Assembly (NCBI GenBank): GCA_013265495.1 | Contig: MU057700.1 | Location: forward strand, 372,001-436,000 | Length of the DNA stretch: 64,000 nucleotides | Direction of reading: 5' to 3' | Origin: Vicugna vicugna | Lineage: Eukaryota | Shown: piece after piece, positions 12,225 through 24,385 of the stretch | How positions within the stretch are numbered: position 1 is the stretch's first letter | How the letters are laid out: the number at the start of each line of letters is the position of its first letter | The notes under the pieces: model-generated | Told to the model about the DNA's origin: nothing | Seen by the model: only the letters and a program-made list of their open reading frames with translations | Databases searched by the model: none | Made by a program: the position numbers and the translations under genes

Positions 12225-13250
12225 CTGGGGGCAGAGGGGCTGGGCTGTGGGCTGAGGGCCTGTGGGGTCCCCGCAGGTGCAGGTCAGGCAGAGCACGGGG
12301 AGACTGCGGGGCCCCGGGGCAGGCCCTGCACCCTACCTGTAAGTGGGCAGACAGGCCTGCTCTGGGTGGCAAGTGCCTGGGTTCTGGCAGCCTGAGAAAT
12401 GATTTAAGTCTCGGCTCACTCTAACATCCCTTGCTCTCCCTGTTGCTAGGGCCTGTGCCAAAGCCAGCTTCCTGGGGGGTTGAACATGACCTTCTCCCTG
12501 GTGCCCAAGGCAGGCAGTCACTGTGTTCAGTGCTGCCCGGGGAGGCACCCCCTGCTGCTGGGATGCCAGGCCTTTCCTGCCACAGCATGGCCTGGAGACG
12601 GCTGATAGAGGCAGAGGGTCTGGTGGGCATGTGGCCACCTGCTCCCTGTTCCTGCGAGCCCTCAGCAGCTCCTGGGCTGCGGTCCTGCCCTAAGGCCGGC
12701 CCTGAGTTCCGCTAGTGCTGACCAGTGTCTCTGCTGTCCTTTGCTCCCTGTTGGCTCCCTGTCTCCCTCGCACCCCAGACACATGTACCCACACACACGC
12801 AGTGAGAGGCCCCTAAGGATCAAAAGATCAGGATGCTGTTATGTAAGAGATGGTGACAATGCCTTTGCCATGCTGGAAGTTATGGCACACCTAGTCCCCA
12901 GTAGGTACCCAATAGGCGGAGTCCATTCCTGGAGCTCCCTGCCTTGCGGGCTCTGCCTGGGGCAGGGTACTGATCACCAGAAGGTCACCAGAGACCTCCT
13001 GGCAGCCCCAGCAGACCCAGAGAGCACACTTGGAGTAGAGGCCTTGTGCAAGCACTCATGTAGCACCTCTCTGGGCCCCCTCAGTGACACGTGAGCTCCA
13101 GGCAGGGGCCAGAGCCAGACACCGTGTTTCTGGGAGGACAGAGGACAGGGGCCAGGAGGAGGAAACGATGAGGAAAGGGGGAGGAGGAATGGGGTGGCCC
13201 AGAGTGCCCTGGCCTGTGCCCGGCTGCTGCTCAACCCCAGCCAGCCTTAC

Positions 13251-13358
13251 CACCCTGGCTGCAGGCCCCGTACAGCTTGATGACTTGTGGGTGGTTGACC
13301 TGCTTCAGGAGGTTGAACTCTGACTGTAGGTCCCGCATCTCACTTGTGGAGGCGTTCT
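13251..13358 (-). CDS. RET: RET exon 13 (alphaC helix), 108 nt
   Basis: [35 protein letters not shown]; cag / GTAAGG. Confidence 0.97.
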
Positions 13359-14726
13359 CTGAAATGCACGTAAACAGGACAACTTGCAAAGCAGTCCCTT
13401 CTGTTAGCCCCTTCTGCAACTCCACTGAGCCAAGTGACCCGCATCAGGGATCTGCACAGACCCCAGGAATCTCCTTCACAGACACTCTACCCAGGTTCAG
13501 ACTGAGGCCTGCAAGGACCCCACCGGTTGGGGCTGCTCTCAGCCCATGGGGTGGTCAACAGCGGCTTCATGTGCCTCTGGGGAATAGGAAACCTGAGAAG
13601 CACTCCAAGTGAGCAGGACCTTTCCAGGAAGAGCCTCCCAGGGCTGGGCCATGCTTGCAAGTGGCATTAGTTCCCTGTAATCGCCATCTCTCAAAGGCAG
13701 TGGTGCACAAAGATCCCCTCATTCATCCTTCTGGGAAGGTAAGAGGGCTCCCTGGTGTCCCCAAACACTTGCTGACCAAGCACTCAGCAGTGGGGTTGAG
13801 GCACAAAAGTGAAGGCTACAAGACTTCACAGAAGTCTCTCGCCATGCTGAGGTCGTGCGTCCAGAGAGCAGAGTTGTGCTCAGGCTCCCACCAGGAGATT
13901 GGGTATGGAGTTATTCTGAGTCACAAGCTGTGGCTAAACAGCCCTCCTGGGCCAGCTGCCCCACACCCACTGCCCAGCTGTGCCACGCCACCTCCTCGGG
14001 CTGCAGACCTGTCTGCAAATGAGAAGACAGCTGGGAGATGGGGCATCGGGACCCATTGGACCATATATGGGTGGCCTGGGGCCAGTCTCAGTATGCCCCT
14101 TAGGCCTTGGGTCTCATAGGCAAGGGGGGACGACCCCAGTCTGAGGGCCTGGGTAAGTATCCAGAAGCATTCTGCGCTGCGTGGCCCCCTGACCGCTGAA
14201 CCTATGTGTGTACTAGCTGACTTGCGCCCACTGCTGGCCACAGAGCCCGGCCATGGCAAAGGGCTGTCTACCCAGTCTCTGCTGAGAAACATGAGTGAGT
14301 ATGCCAGGCTGATAGCAAGACTAGGGCAGGGCAGGCCTGCTGAGGGGCAGTGGGGATTGGGCAAGGCAGGGCCCTAAGGGGCAGGGGCCAGTCCTTACAG
14401 GTGGTCTCTTTACCAGGACCCCAGTTGAATTCCTGGCTGAGAAGAAAGAATGGGGCAGACTGGGGTGGGGAGAGCTGTCAGTTCAAAACTAAAAGTGGTT
14501 TTAACTTAAAACTTGGATCTTTACCCAACATTGGTACAGATGCAGCACCACCACTCCTGAACCTTCCAAGGGAGGAACATCCTTGCTCTGCTTCTCCAGG
14601 GGCCAGCCGGGGCCACATCATCCATGGTGGGGGTCCCCGGCTGCAGCCACTCAAGGGGGGCAATGGGAGCGCTCTCCAGGAGGCACGAGGCTGGCCACGG
14701 GAGCCCTGGCTGTCGCGGTGGCTTTA

Positions 14727-15038
<312 letters not shown>

Positions 15039-16147
15039 TCACCTGAACTGGTAGGTTATAGTCACCAAAGGCAGGACCCACAGTCAGACCCTGAGGTGCC
15101 GTTACATGACGTGTCTCCCTCATAGGAAGGCAGGCGTTGCCACAGACCAGACTAGACTCTGTAGCCCATACCCTCACTGGTCCCCGTCTACTGAAGATGC
15201 CCTGGGCCATCCCAGCTCACGTCCTTGTCTCTCTAATGAGGGATTCAGGGCTTACTCAGCACGCACAGTGCTCAGCGGGGAGCATGTCCTCTTCCCTGGG
15301 AGTCAGGCCCAAGCCTCTCAGCACTGCCTCTGCTTTGGACACAAGCCAGCTGCCCAGGCCCTGGTGTGCCCTTTCCAGTGACTCTCAGAGAACCAAATTG
15401 ACTCCAGGGGCCCAAGTTGCCTACCAGCCTAGGACCCCCAGCTACAGGTCAAAGTATCCAGGGCAGCTCCTGGAAAGGTACCACTGTGCTCCTTGGGAAC
15501 CTCCATCCCAGTATGTGGAAGAAGCTGTCCCTCCCACAGGCACAGCCATTGCCCTGAACCTGCACACACCTGCTCATCACGCTCCCCGCCACCTGCCTGC
15601 CCACTGAAGTCCCTTCCATACACCATGCCTGTTCAAGACCACTCTGGGATGCCTTCCTAGACCCCCAGCTCGGCACCAGGTACTTGAACTCTGACTGGGG
15701 ATGTGGAAGCCTGACAGGAACCTCCCACCTGTGCCAGCACTGGGCGTCCATCGCCCCCAGTCTCACTGCAGCTGTCTGTGGGTGTGTCTTCAGGTACTGC
15801 TCAGGATGTGCTCTGCCAAGCTTGTCTAACAACAGAGGCAACACCGCTGGGGTCCCACTGTCCCTCGGTGACCAGAACCTCGCGTTCTAATGTCTGGGTG
15901 CAGAGGCAGCATCGTCTCAGCACCATGGCCAGGGGTGCCATCCAGCCAGCTCCTGGCGTCCTAGTGTCTCAGGTTCCCCAAGAACCCACAGTCAGGGCCA
16001 AAGTTGACATCATCATCGCTGCTCTGGTGTGCTCATCTCTACACTGCACTGGATAAGAGTTTAGTCTACTGTACACAGAGACTGTGCGAAGCACATGCGG
16101 ATGTCACTGATTTGATTCTCACAAGAATGTTAAAAATCATTCTCCCA

Positions 16148-16888
16148 AAGGGAACCCTCCTGCACTGCTGGTGGGAATGTAGTTTGGTGCAGCCATTATG
16201 GAAAACTGTATGGAGAGTCCTCAAAAAACTAAAAAGAGACCTATCATATGATCCAGCAATCCCACTCCGGGCATATATCCAGAGGGAACTCTAATTCAAA
16301 GAGATACATGCACCCCAATGTTCACAGCAGCACTATATACAATAGCCAAGATATGGAAGCAATCTAAATGTCCATCGACAGATGACTGCATAAAGAAGCT
16401 GTGGTATATTTAAACAATGGAATGCTACTCAGCCATGAAAAGAATAAAATAATGCCATTTGCAGCAACATGGATGAACCTGGAGATCATCATTTTAAGTG
16501 AAGTAAACCAGAAAGAGAAAGACAAATATCATATGATATTACTCATATGTGGAATCTAAAAAGAAAAAAAGGACACTATGAACTCATCTACAAAACAGAA
16601 ACAGACTCACAGACATAGTAAACAATCTTATGGTTACAGGAGGGAAAGAGGGTGGGAGGGGATAAATTTGGGAGTTTGAGATTTACAAATGTTAGCCACT
16701 ATGTATAAAAATAGAGTGAAAAAAAGTTTCTTCTGTATAGCACATGGAACCATGTTCAATATCTTGTAATAACCTTTAATGAAAAAACAATGCAAAAATA
16801 TGTATGTATATGCATGACTGGGACACTGTGCTGTACACCAGAAACTGATGTGTTGTAATTGACTATACTTCAATAAAATAAAAAAAAA
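16148..16888 (+). mobile_element. 5'-truncated L1 (ORF2 C-terminus, 3'UTR, A-tail), artiodactyl type, in intron 11
   Basis: [28 protein letters not shown]...YDPAIPL ORF2 motif; ends aataaaataaaaaaaaa; appears to interrupt a MIR. Confidence 0.92.
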
Positions 16889-16889
16889 T

Positions 16890-16995
16890 TCTCTCCACTT
16901 TATATAAGAGAAAACTGAGTTCAAACAATCGAGTAACGTGGCCAAGACCTCAGAGATGATCAGCGTGGCCCTTGGGCTTCAAGCCTGGCTCTGGT
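16890..16995 (-). mobile_element. MIR (part interrupted by L1)
   Basis: ccactttatataagagaaaactgagttca...gtaacgtggccaagacc. Confidence 0.55.
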
Positions 16996-18335
16996 TGCTC
17001 TGCACCCTGGGCTGAAAGCAACGTGGGCCGAGGATGGTCTGTGTCACCTGGCACGAGCCCCTGCCAGCACCACTCTCGCTGTGTATCTCACTACACATGG
17101 CTAGGGTGGATAAAGGAATCAAATGGCTCGTCCCAGAGGCCTGGATGGAGGCTGAGATGCTGCTGGGGGTGGGGGTTGGAGACCCTGCCTGCTGAGTGAC
17201 TGGACTAGGAAAGGCAGGAGGCAGGCGACTGTGACCACATCTAAGAACGGTCCTCACAGCCAAGACCCTCGCCAACGGGCGAGCACCCCTTGGGCGGCAC
17301 CTGCTAGGAAACTCAGCTACCTCCCAGCCCAGACCGTGTGGACCGCCAGGGCCCTGTGGCCCCTGGGTGCTGAGTTTCCTGCCTGGAGGCCCCTGCCAAG
17401 ATGTATACGCTGTACTGCTTCCCTATCCAGCCTTGTGGGCAGAAGAACTTCTGCTCCCACTCACCCTCAGTCCTCCCCCCAGGCCCAGCTTCCAGCTTCT
17501 TGGGTGTTCCCAGCAAGATCAGTGAAGGGACATGGCAGGTTGAGGAGGGGCCTGGCCAGGTCAGGGGTGGTGTCTGAGAAGCACATGCTGACCGCAGGCC
17601 CAGGTTTCCTGCCTGGGAGAAGAGGGCTCTGGAAGCTTGCTGGCTCTGGCTGGTACTCTCCCTTAGTGGGCCAGTCGTGGAGCCTGGGGGCCGGAGGATC
17701 CTCAGTGTCCCCAGTCCTGCTCTCCATACTACAGACAGACTCCGTTTCCTGCTGCTGCCACCCTGGCCAAGCCGCTGCCTGCCACCATCTCCCCTGAATG
17801 GGGACAAGCCTCATCACCCACCCCTGGACTCTGCAACAGAGTGGCCTGCGGAAATGAAGGCCAGGAAATGTGCCGCCAACCCTCAGGGCCCTACCCTCTG
17901 AGAATGAAATCCACATTCCTCCTCAGGACCTCCCTGCACCCTCCATCCTCCCCCCACCAGCCCTTGGGGCACCTGCAGGATAGCCCCCGTCAGGTACAGC
18001 ATGGCCTGCCCTCCTTTTATCCTAACAGCCCAGATCCCAGTCCGTTTAAATCAGCACCCATCCTCCACCCTGATCCATGCCCTCCACTCCACCTGCCTTC
18101 TGCCCTCCATGGAAGGCAGCTCAGTGAAGGCAGGGGGTTGCTGGAATGCTCAGTGTCTTTCCCGTGGGCAAGGATGCATCAGCCACTCGTGGGCTGCAGG
18201 ACTCATGGCAGCACGAAGCCTGGGTGCCCCGTCCCCTCTCACCTCCCAGCTGCCTGAGACCCGAGGCCAGTGCCACCTGCAGGGCCCCCGGGAGGGGCTG
18301 CCTCCCCAGCCCCGAGGCCATGTGTGGAAGCTCAC

Positions 18336-18592
18336 CGGGATCTTGAAAGTTTCCACAGAGACCTGGTTCTCCATGGAGTCAGTCGAGGGCCGGCGGGTGC
18401 CGGATGAGGAGTAGCTGACCGGGAAGGCCTGGGCGGGCCGTCGGAAGGTCATCTCAGCGGAGGCAATGGGTGGCTTGTGGGCGTTCTTGTGGTAGCGGTG
18501 GATGCAGAAGGTGGAGAGCAGCACAGACACGATGAAGGAGAAGAGCACGGCCACCGCAATCACCGTGCGGCAGAGCTCATCACACAGCAGGT
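18336..18592 (-). CDS. RET: RET exon 11 (transmembrane and juxtamembrane), 257 nt
   Basis: [31 protein letters not shown]...[20 protein letters not shown]; cag / GTGAGC. Confidence 0.98.
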
Positions 18593-19479
18593 CTGCGGGC
18601 AGGGGGGCTGTGAGAGACCACACTTCGGGAGGGGGGCCCCCCGAATACCTACAGGAGCCAGCACAGCTCAGCTCTCTAGCCTGCTGTGCCCAGGACAGCT
18701 GGGAAGTGGCTGCTGTGACAACCTGTGAGCAGCCTGGCAAGTGCTACTGGTGTGAAGGTATGAGGGTAACCTGCAAACACTCCAATAGCACCGACCCTGA
18801 GGCAGGTACTGTTATGCACATTTTTGCCATCAGAGACTGTTAAGACCCCCTTACAGAAGGGACAGGGTAGCATAGAGTTGAAGCAGCCTGCCTGGAGAGC
18901 AGAGGCAGTGCACCCCTGCAGGCGCCGTGCACGAAAGCCAGCTTGCCCATGAGGGCTGGCGGGAGGTGTAGCTTTTCCTCTTCATTCCCAATATCCTTTG
19001 TATTTTCTTTATATAAAGAGGGGAGGAAATGAAAGTGGCTCAGGACCCAGGGCCACGCAATAGTCACCCAAATACCAGAAAAGTATCCCTGGGTTCGGGC
19101 AGGAAAGCTCCCCATGTGCTCAGTGGGGCACCTGCCATCCTAGAGGGAGCACCTGGAGGCTCTGGCTGGAGGGTGGGGACCCAGGCGGCCTGTGCCATGG
19201 GCCCAGCAGAGGCCCTGCACAGGGACAATCCAAGCAGATGCTGAGTTATTTGGTGGAAGAACTAATTTTCCAGGCCAATCTTTATCATAGAACTTTGGGC
19301 CAGAAAGCAGTCTCAGAAGCCCTCACCCAGCTCCCTGTCTGCACAGATGGGGGAACCAAGACCCAGAGGGAAGGAAGAAGGTCTCTTGGGTTTCCTTGCC
19401 TTCCTGCAATTTCCTCCCTTGAGCGATGGGGCTCAGGGAGGTGGGGATCCCTGCCCAGCTGGCGCCCCCACCCGCTCAC

Positions 19480-19602
19480 CCTGGCTGTCTTCCGGCTCAC
19501 AGAAGCACTTCTTCTCCTCGGGGAAGCAGTTGCAGATGCCGAAGCCAGCTTTAATCCCCCTGCGTTCCCCTGGCTCATGCCCACCGATGATGCTGCCGCT
19601 CC
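19480..19602 (-). CDS. RET: RET exon 10, 123 nt
   Basis: [40 protein letters not shown]; cag / GTGAGC; C609/611/618/620 equivalents present. Confidence 0.96.
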
Positions 19603-20177
19603 CTGGTGACAGACACAACCCACTCAGCAGCCCCCTCAGCCTTCAGGGCGACCTAACCAGCCTGGACCACCCAGATGGGACTGTGAAAGGCCCCTCCCCA
19701 CCCCATGTCAGCACCCTCTGGCCCAGGGAGGGTAGTGAGCTCAGAAGTCTGGGTCACCTGGGCAGAAGGCTTAGCAAGACAGGCCCCCAAACCAGTTCCC
19801 TGGCTACAGCAGGCGAGAGGAGGAACCCACAGGCTACCCAGGACCCTAGGTGAGGTCCACGAATGGTTACTTTTCAGGAGCAGAGAAGGGGCTGCAGGGG
19901 CAGCTGGGAGCCAGTGGAATGGGGGGCAGGGAGCTGCACCCCGTGAGTTGGCCAGGGTGACACCGGAAGTATGAGTCAGGCCACCAGGCTTGTTTGGGGA
20001 AAGGAGAACCCTTTATTCGAATAAAATGTTAGAAAAAGGCTCAGCACATGAAACCGAGGTGCGCAGCTGGTCTGGCTGAAGTGCAGGTAGGAGTCCAAGT
20101 CTCTTTAGCTCGGCACCCCCACTCATCCCAGGCTGTCCCCGCTCAGGTTAAAAATGCAGGCTCAACGGGCTGCTTAC

Positions 20178-20288
20178 GGAGGCAGTCCTGGGGGCAGATG
20201 TTGGCATCTTTGCTCTCCACGGCATCACAGTGGCCATCGGGGCAGGTCTTGATGCTGGGGGAGCAGGTGGAGAAGTTCCTGGTGATCC
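20178..20288 (-). CDS. RET: RET exon 9, 111 nt
   Basis: [36 protein letters not shown]; tag / GTAAGC. Confidence 0.98.
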
Positions 20289-20443
20289 CTAGACACACAG
20301 CAGGCAGGTTACCACCGCTGGGAGCACCTGCCCTGGTTGGACTGCCAGAGCCAGGAGGGCTGCACCTGAGGGTCTCCCAGGCACACCCTGCCCCGCCAAG
20401 GAGGAGCAAACTGAGGCTGAACAGGAAAAAAAAAAAAAAAAAA

Positions 20444-20472
20444 NNNNNNNNNNNNNNNNNNNNNNNNNNNNN
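20444..20472. other. Assembly gap (29 N) within an A-rich tract in intron 8
   Basis: N run flanked by poly-A. Confidence 0.99.
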
Positions 20473-21007
20473 CGAAGAAGAAAAAAAAAAAAAAGAACCC
20501 ACACACAGAGCCCTGCCAGCAGGGGCATCCTTGAGGAGAGCTGGGGGTCCAGAGTGTACAGGGCAGCCCAAGTGGTGAGGGCCAGAGGGATGGGAGAGTC
20601 CCAGGGGTGTGCCTGGCCTCACGGCAAATAGGCCGGAAGAGACCAGACGAGGCTAGGACCCTCTCAAGGCCGCACCATACATGGGACCCTCATAAGGGTG
20701 AGTGTGGCTGGGAGCCAGCTGCTGTCCATGCCCAAGCCTGTCAGCACCCCCCCTACTTGGGGCCACCCTCCCTGGGCTGGGACTGCCCAGGTGGAGGCTC
20801 TCTGTCCCCTGCACATCCCAACTTCGGCCCAGACCTTCCCAAGCCCAGAGTGAGTCTGGCCTCAGGCACCTGTGATCTCACAGCGATACACAGCCTGAAC
20901 GTTCTCGTGCCACCCACTCCCGGCACTCACGTCCACCCGCTCCTGGCATCAGGTGCCATCACAGGGGACAAGGCGTTGGGGAACAGACTCAGAGTGGGGG
21001 AGCATCA

Positions 21008-21229
<222 letters not shown>

Positions 21230-21442
21230 TCAGGTCACAGGGGGCCAGCCTGTGCCCAGTGTCCAGCCAGCACCCACGCGTTGGGGCAGCACTGGCTGAG
21301 CTGCCCCAACGGGTTGAGCCCAGAGGGGAGGGAGTGACTAAGCACCAGGGTGCAGGGCAGTGATGGGGCCTGCTGGGGAAAGGGGCGGCACCACAGTCAC
21401 AAAGCGGGGTCAGCTACTGGGTTAAGTCTGGAGGGAGGATGC

Positions 21443-21682
21443 GAGGTGGCCAGACTCAGCCAATGACACACAAGACGCCCAGTTAATCCTGAACTTCAGA
21501 TAATAGTCAATATGTGCTTCATGTTAAGTATGTCCCTAATATCTTGGTGACATACTTGTAAGTTTGTTTTCTAAGAGACCCTGCAAAGGTTGCATGGGAC
21601 ATACTTATACAAAAAAAAATTGCTTGCTGTTTACCTGAAATTCACATTTAACCAGGGCCCCCTATGTTTCTGGTCCACGTCT
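21443..21682. mobile_element. MER53-like palindromic hAT MITE in intron 7
   Basis: gacgcccagttaa..tgaacttcagataa...aagtatgtccc / gggacatactt...tgaaattcacatttaacc inverted arms match recalled MER53 consensus. Confidence 0.75.
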
Positions 21683-21897
21683 AGAGCGCGTTGACGGCAG
21701 TGATGGAGAGTAATGACCATTGACAACGCAGTCACTCTGGGCTAAATGGTTTCTCATCTTACAGGGAAGGACGCTGAGGCTCAGGGAAGCTGCCAGTTTG
21801 TGTGGGGGAGCAGGACCAGGCCCCTTCTGTGTGGGAAAAGCCTGAGGCTCTATCCTGCCCTGACCACCCCCACCCTCCACGCAGCCCTGGCACTCAC

Positions 21898-22156
21898 ATG
21901 TCCCCTCCACGGTGACGAGCAGGGCGGCCTGGGCTTGCCTGCGGGTCGGCCGGTCAATGGCCATCACCGTGTACTGGAGTTGGGTGCACTCGGGGCGCTG
22001 CAGGACCTCGGTGTCATTCACAAACAGGGTGCCCGTGGTGTCCTCGGCCGAGGTGACCATCCCCAGCGCGCTGCAGTTGGCACTGGGTAACTGCAGCTTG
22101 TACTGCACGTGGATGCCGCTGAACTCCTGGCAGTTTTCCACACAGACTTTCCCAAT
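21898..22156 (-). CDS. RET: RET exon 7, 259 nt
   Basis: [15 protein letters not shown]...LLVTVEGT; tag / GTGAGT. Confidence 0.98.
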
Positions 22157-24185
22157 CTAGGCATGGGACCCAGGGAATGCCTTAGCTGGGTGGCTGGAGG
22201 CAGACCCTGGCAGCCTGAGTCCCAGAAGTCTCCTATTCAGCCCAGGGATGGCAGCCTCCCTGAACTCCCCATCCTCCATGGCCTGGGAACTTGCAGACCC
22301 ATCTGCCTGCCTGGCCCTACCTTGCCCAGGATCACATCACCATCCACCCTTGCTGCTGGGAGCCGAAGGTGTAAGAACACAGGGAACTCAGCTTTGATTT
22401 AGTGGCTGGCCCTCCCGGAAGATGCTGACTCATTCAGGCACAAAGGCTGCCCGGATGCCTACTATACACCTCCCTCTCTTCTTTGGGCCAGGCCAGTTTT
22501 CCTCTAAGAACTGCCAGTTCCCATCCTCAGCGCATGTGGCTGGGGTGGTCCAGTCCCTGCCCAGGTCACCTGCCTGGTTAGTCAGAGTACGGCACTGAGG
22601 GTCACTTGATTCACACACCACAGTTATTTGTCCCACATGGGACCTGGGGGCCATGCTGGAAATTGGGCTGGAACCCCTGAGAAAGAGGGGATGCTAGGCT
22701 GGCAGCTACAGCCACTGGGGCCAGGAACCAGGCAGTTGAACTCTCTTTTTGACCCCTCAGCCACTCGAGTTACAGTTAGGGTTGCAGTGGCTAGGAACCA
22801 GGAGCTGTGACTAGTCAAGGCTGAGGTCTGGGGGGCCTGGTTTAGGGGAGGAGGGCAGGGCCCTGCCTGCAGCCACATACCAGACCCTTGCTCAGCCCTG
22901 CTCAGGCCCAGGGCAGAGCCAGGCTCCCCCAAGGCCATGCCTGACACAACAAATACACCTCCCAGTCTCCAAGCACTTCCCCATACAAAGGGGGCTCAAT
23001 TCCACTCTCTCCTGTGATCCTCAAAATTGCCCAAGGTCACTATCCTCAATTTACCATCATAAAAACTGGGGAGAGGGTGAGAGACCACAGTGAGTCTGAG
23101 GCTGGACTGGGACTCAGGTCTCTGTGGTCTCCTGAGTCTGTCGGAGCACAGATGACCCACCTCCAGCAATGCCTGGTCCCCTTGGCCCCTCGGACACCCC
23201 TCAGGCCCCTCTGCTTTGTCACCTCCCACCATCCTTGACCCCTGACTCCATGAAAGGCCTGGGGGTAGGTGGCAAGTCAGGGAGCTTGGATGTGTTCAAC
23301 GGTGGGTTTCTTAATGTGCTGGACCTGGGTGGCTGCCAGGAGTGGAGGGGGGCATGGGAATCAACTGCAGAAACTGGCAAAAGCCTTGGGACAGTAGGAG
23401 ATGGCTTTAAACAGGACATTCTAAAGAGGATGTAGCCACAGCTGCTCTACTAGAGAATGCAGTATGTTAAGTCACATGCATCCTCTGACTGCAAGTAAAC
23501 TTTAAAAAGTGCTGAAGAGAAACATTTGAGAAAGAACTGCACCAAAATGCTAAACACTGATTGATATGGGAAGAAAAGATCACTGTGTCTAGCCCTTACC
23601 TTCTTTGGCGAATACTTATTACTTTTATTTTTTCTACTTCTAATCATTATTTTCCAATGACAAATGCAAAACAAGTTCCAGCAAAGGTAACTTGCAAGAA
23701 CAGTAAAAGGTAGAAGCGCTCCCTGTCTTTCCCTGCAGAGGGCGCCACTGTTCACCGCTGCCTGTACGTGCACCCTGGCAAATTTTCAGCAGTGAAGACT
23801 TGTTTTTGAACACACGGAGCCACGTGAGACCAATATTTCTGCAAACCGTTCTTCACTTAATTCACCAGGAATGTCTTTCCAAGCCAGCATACATAGATTT
23901 ACCTGGTGCTGCTCTTACATTAGTGCAACATGTGCTTTAAAGATACCAAGGAAGGAGAGGGCAAAGAAGGGGGCCCACGGAGCCCACCAGCCCTGCTTGC
24001 GACTGTCCCACTTTCCACGGCCCCAGCCTCTCTGGCTCTGGGGCACTCCGTGTACTACTTAGCTCACGGAGTTGGTGGCGTCCGCCCCTAGCCCTGCTTG
24101 AAATCTGCTAAAGGGAGCACCCCACCTCCGGAGTCCCCCACCCCTCCATGCCCTTCCCCAGGCAGGCAGCAGGTCGTGGGCTCAC

Positions 24186-24385
24186 CTGGGCGAAGCGGCG
24201 AGCCCGCCTGCTCACGGCAAAGGAGTAGTCGCTGGGCAGATGCAGGCTGACGGGCAGTACCGACACGTTGAAGTGGAGGAGGAGGACGCCCTCCCCGGGG
24301 CCCTGGAAGTCCGAGTCGTTGACCAGTACAGCCAGCTGCACAGCACGGCTCTCCGAGATGGGGACGCTCCGGTTGAGAACCAGCC
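24186..24385 (-). CDS. RET: RET exon 6, 200 nt
   Basis: [11 protein letters not shown]...[10 protein letters not shown]...RRARRFAQ; cag / GTGAGC. Confidence 0.97.
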
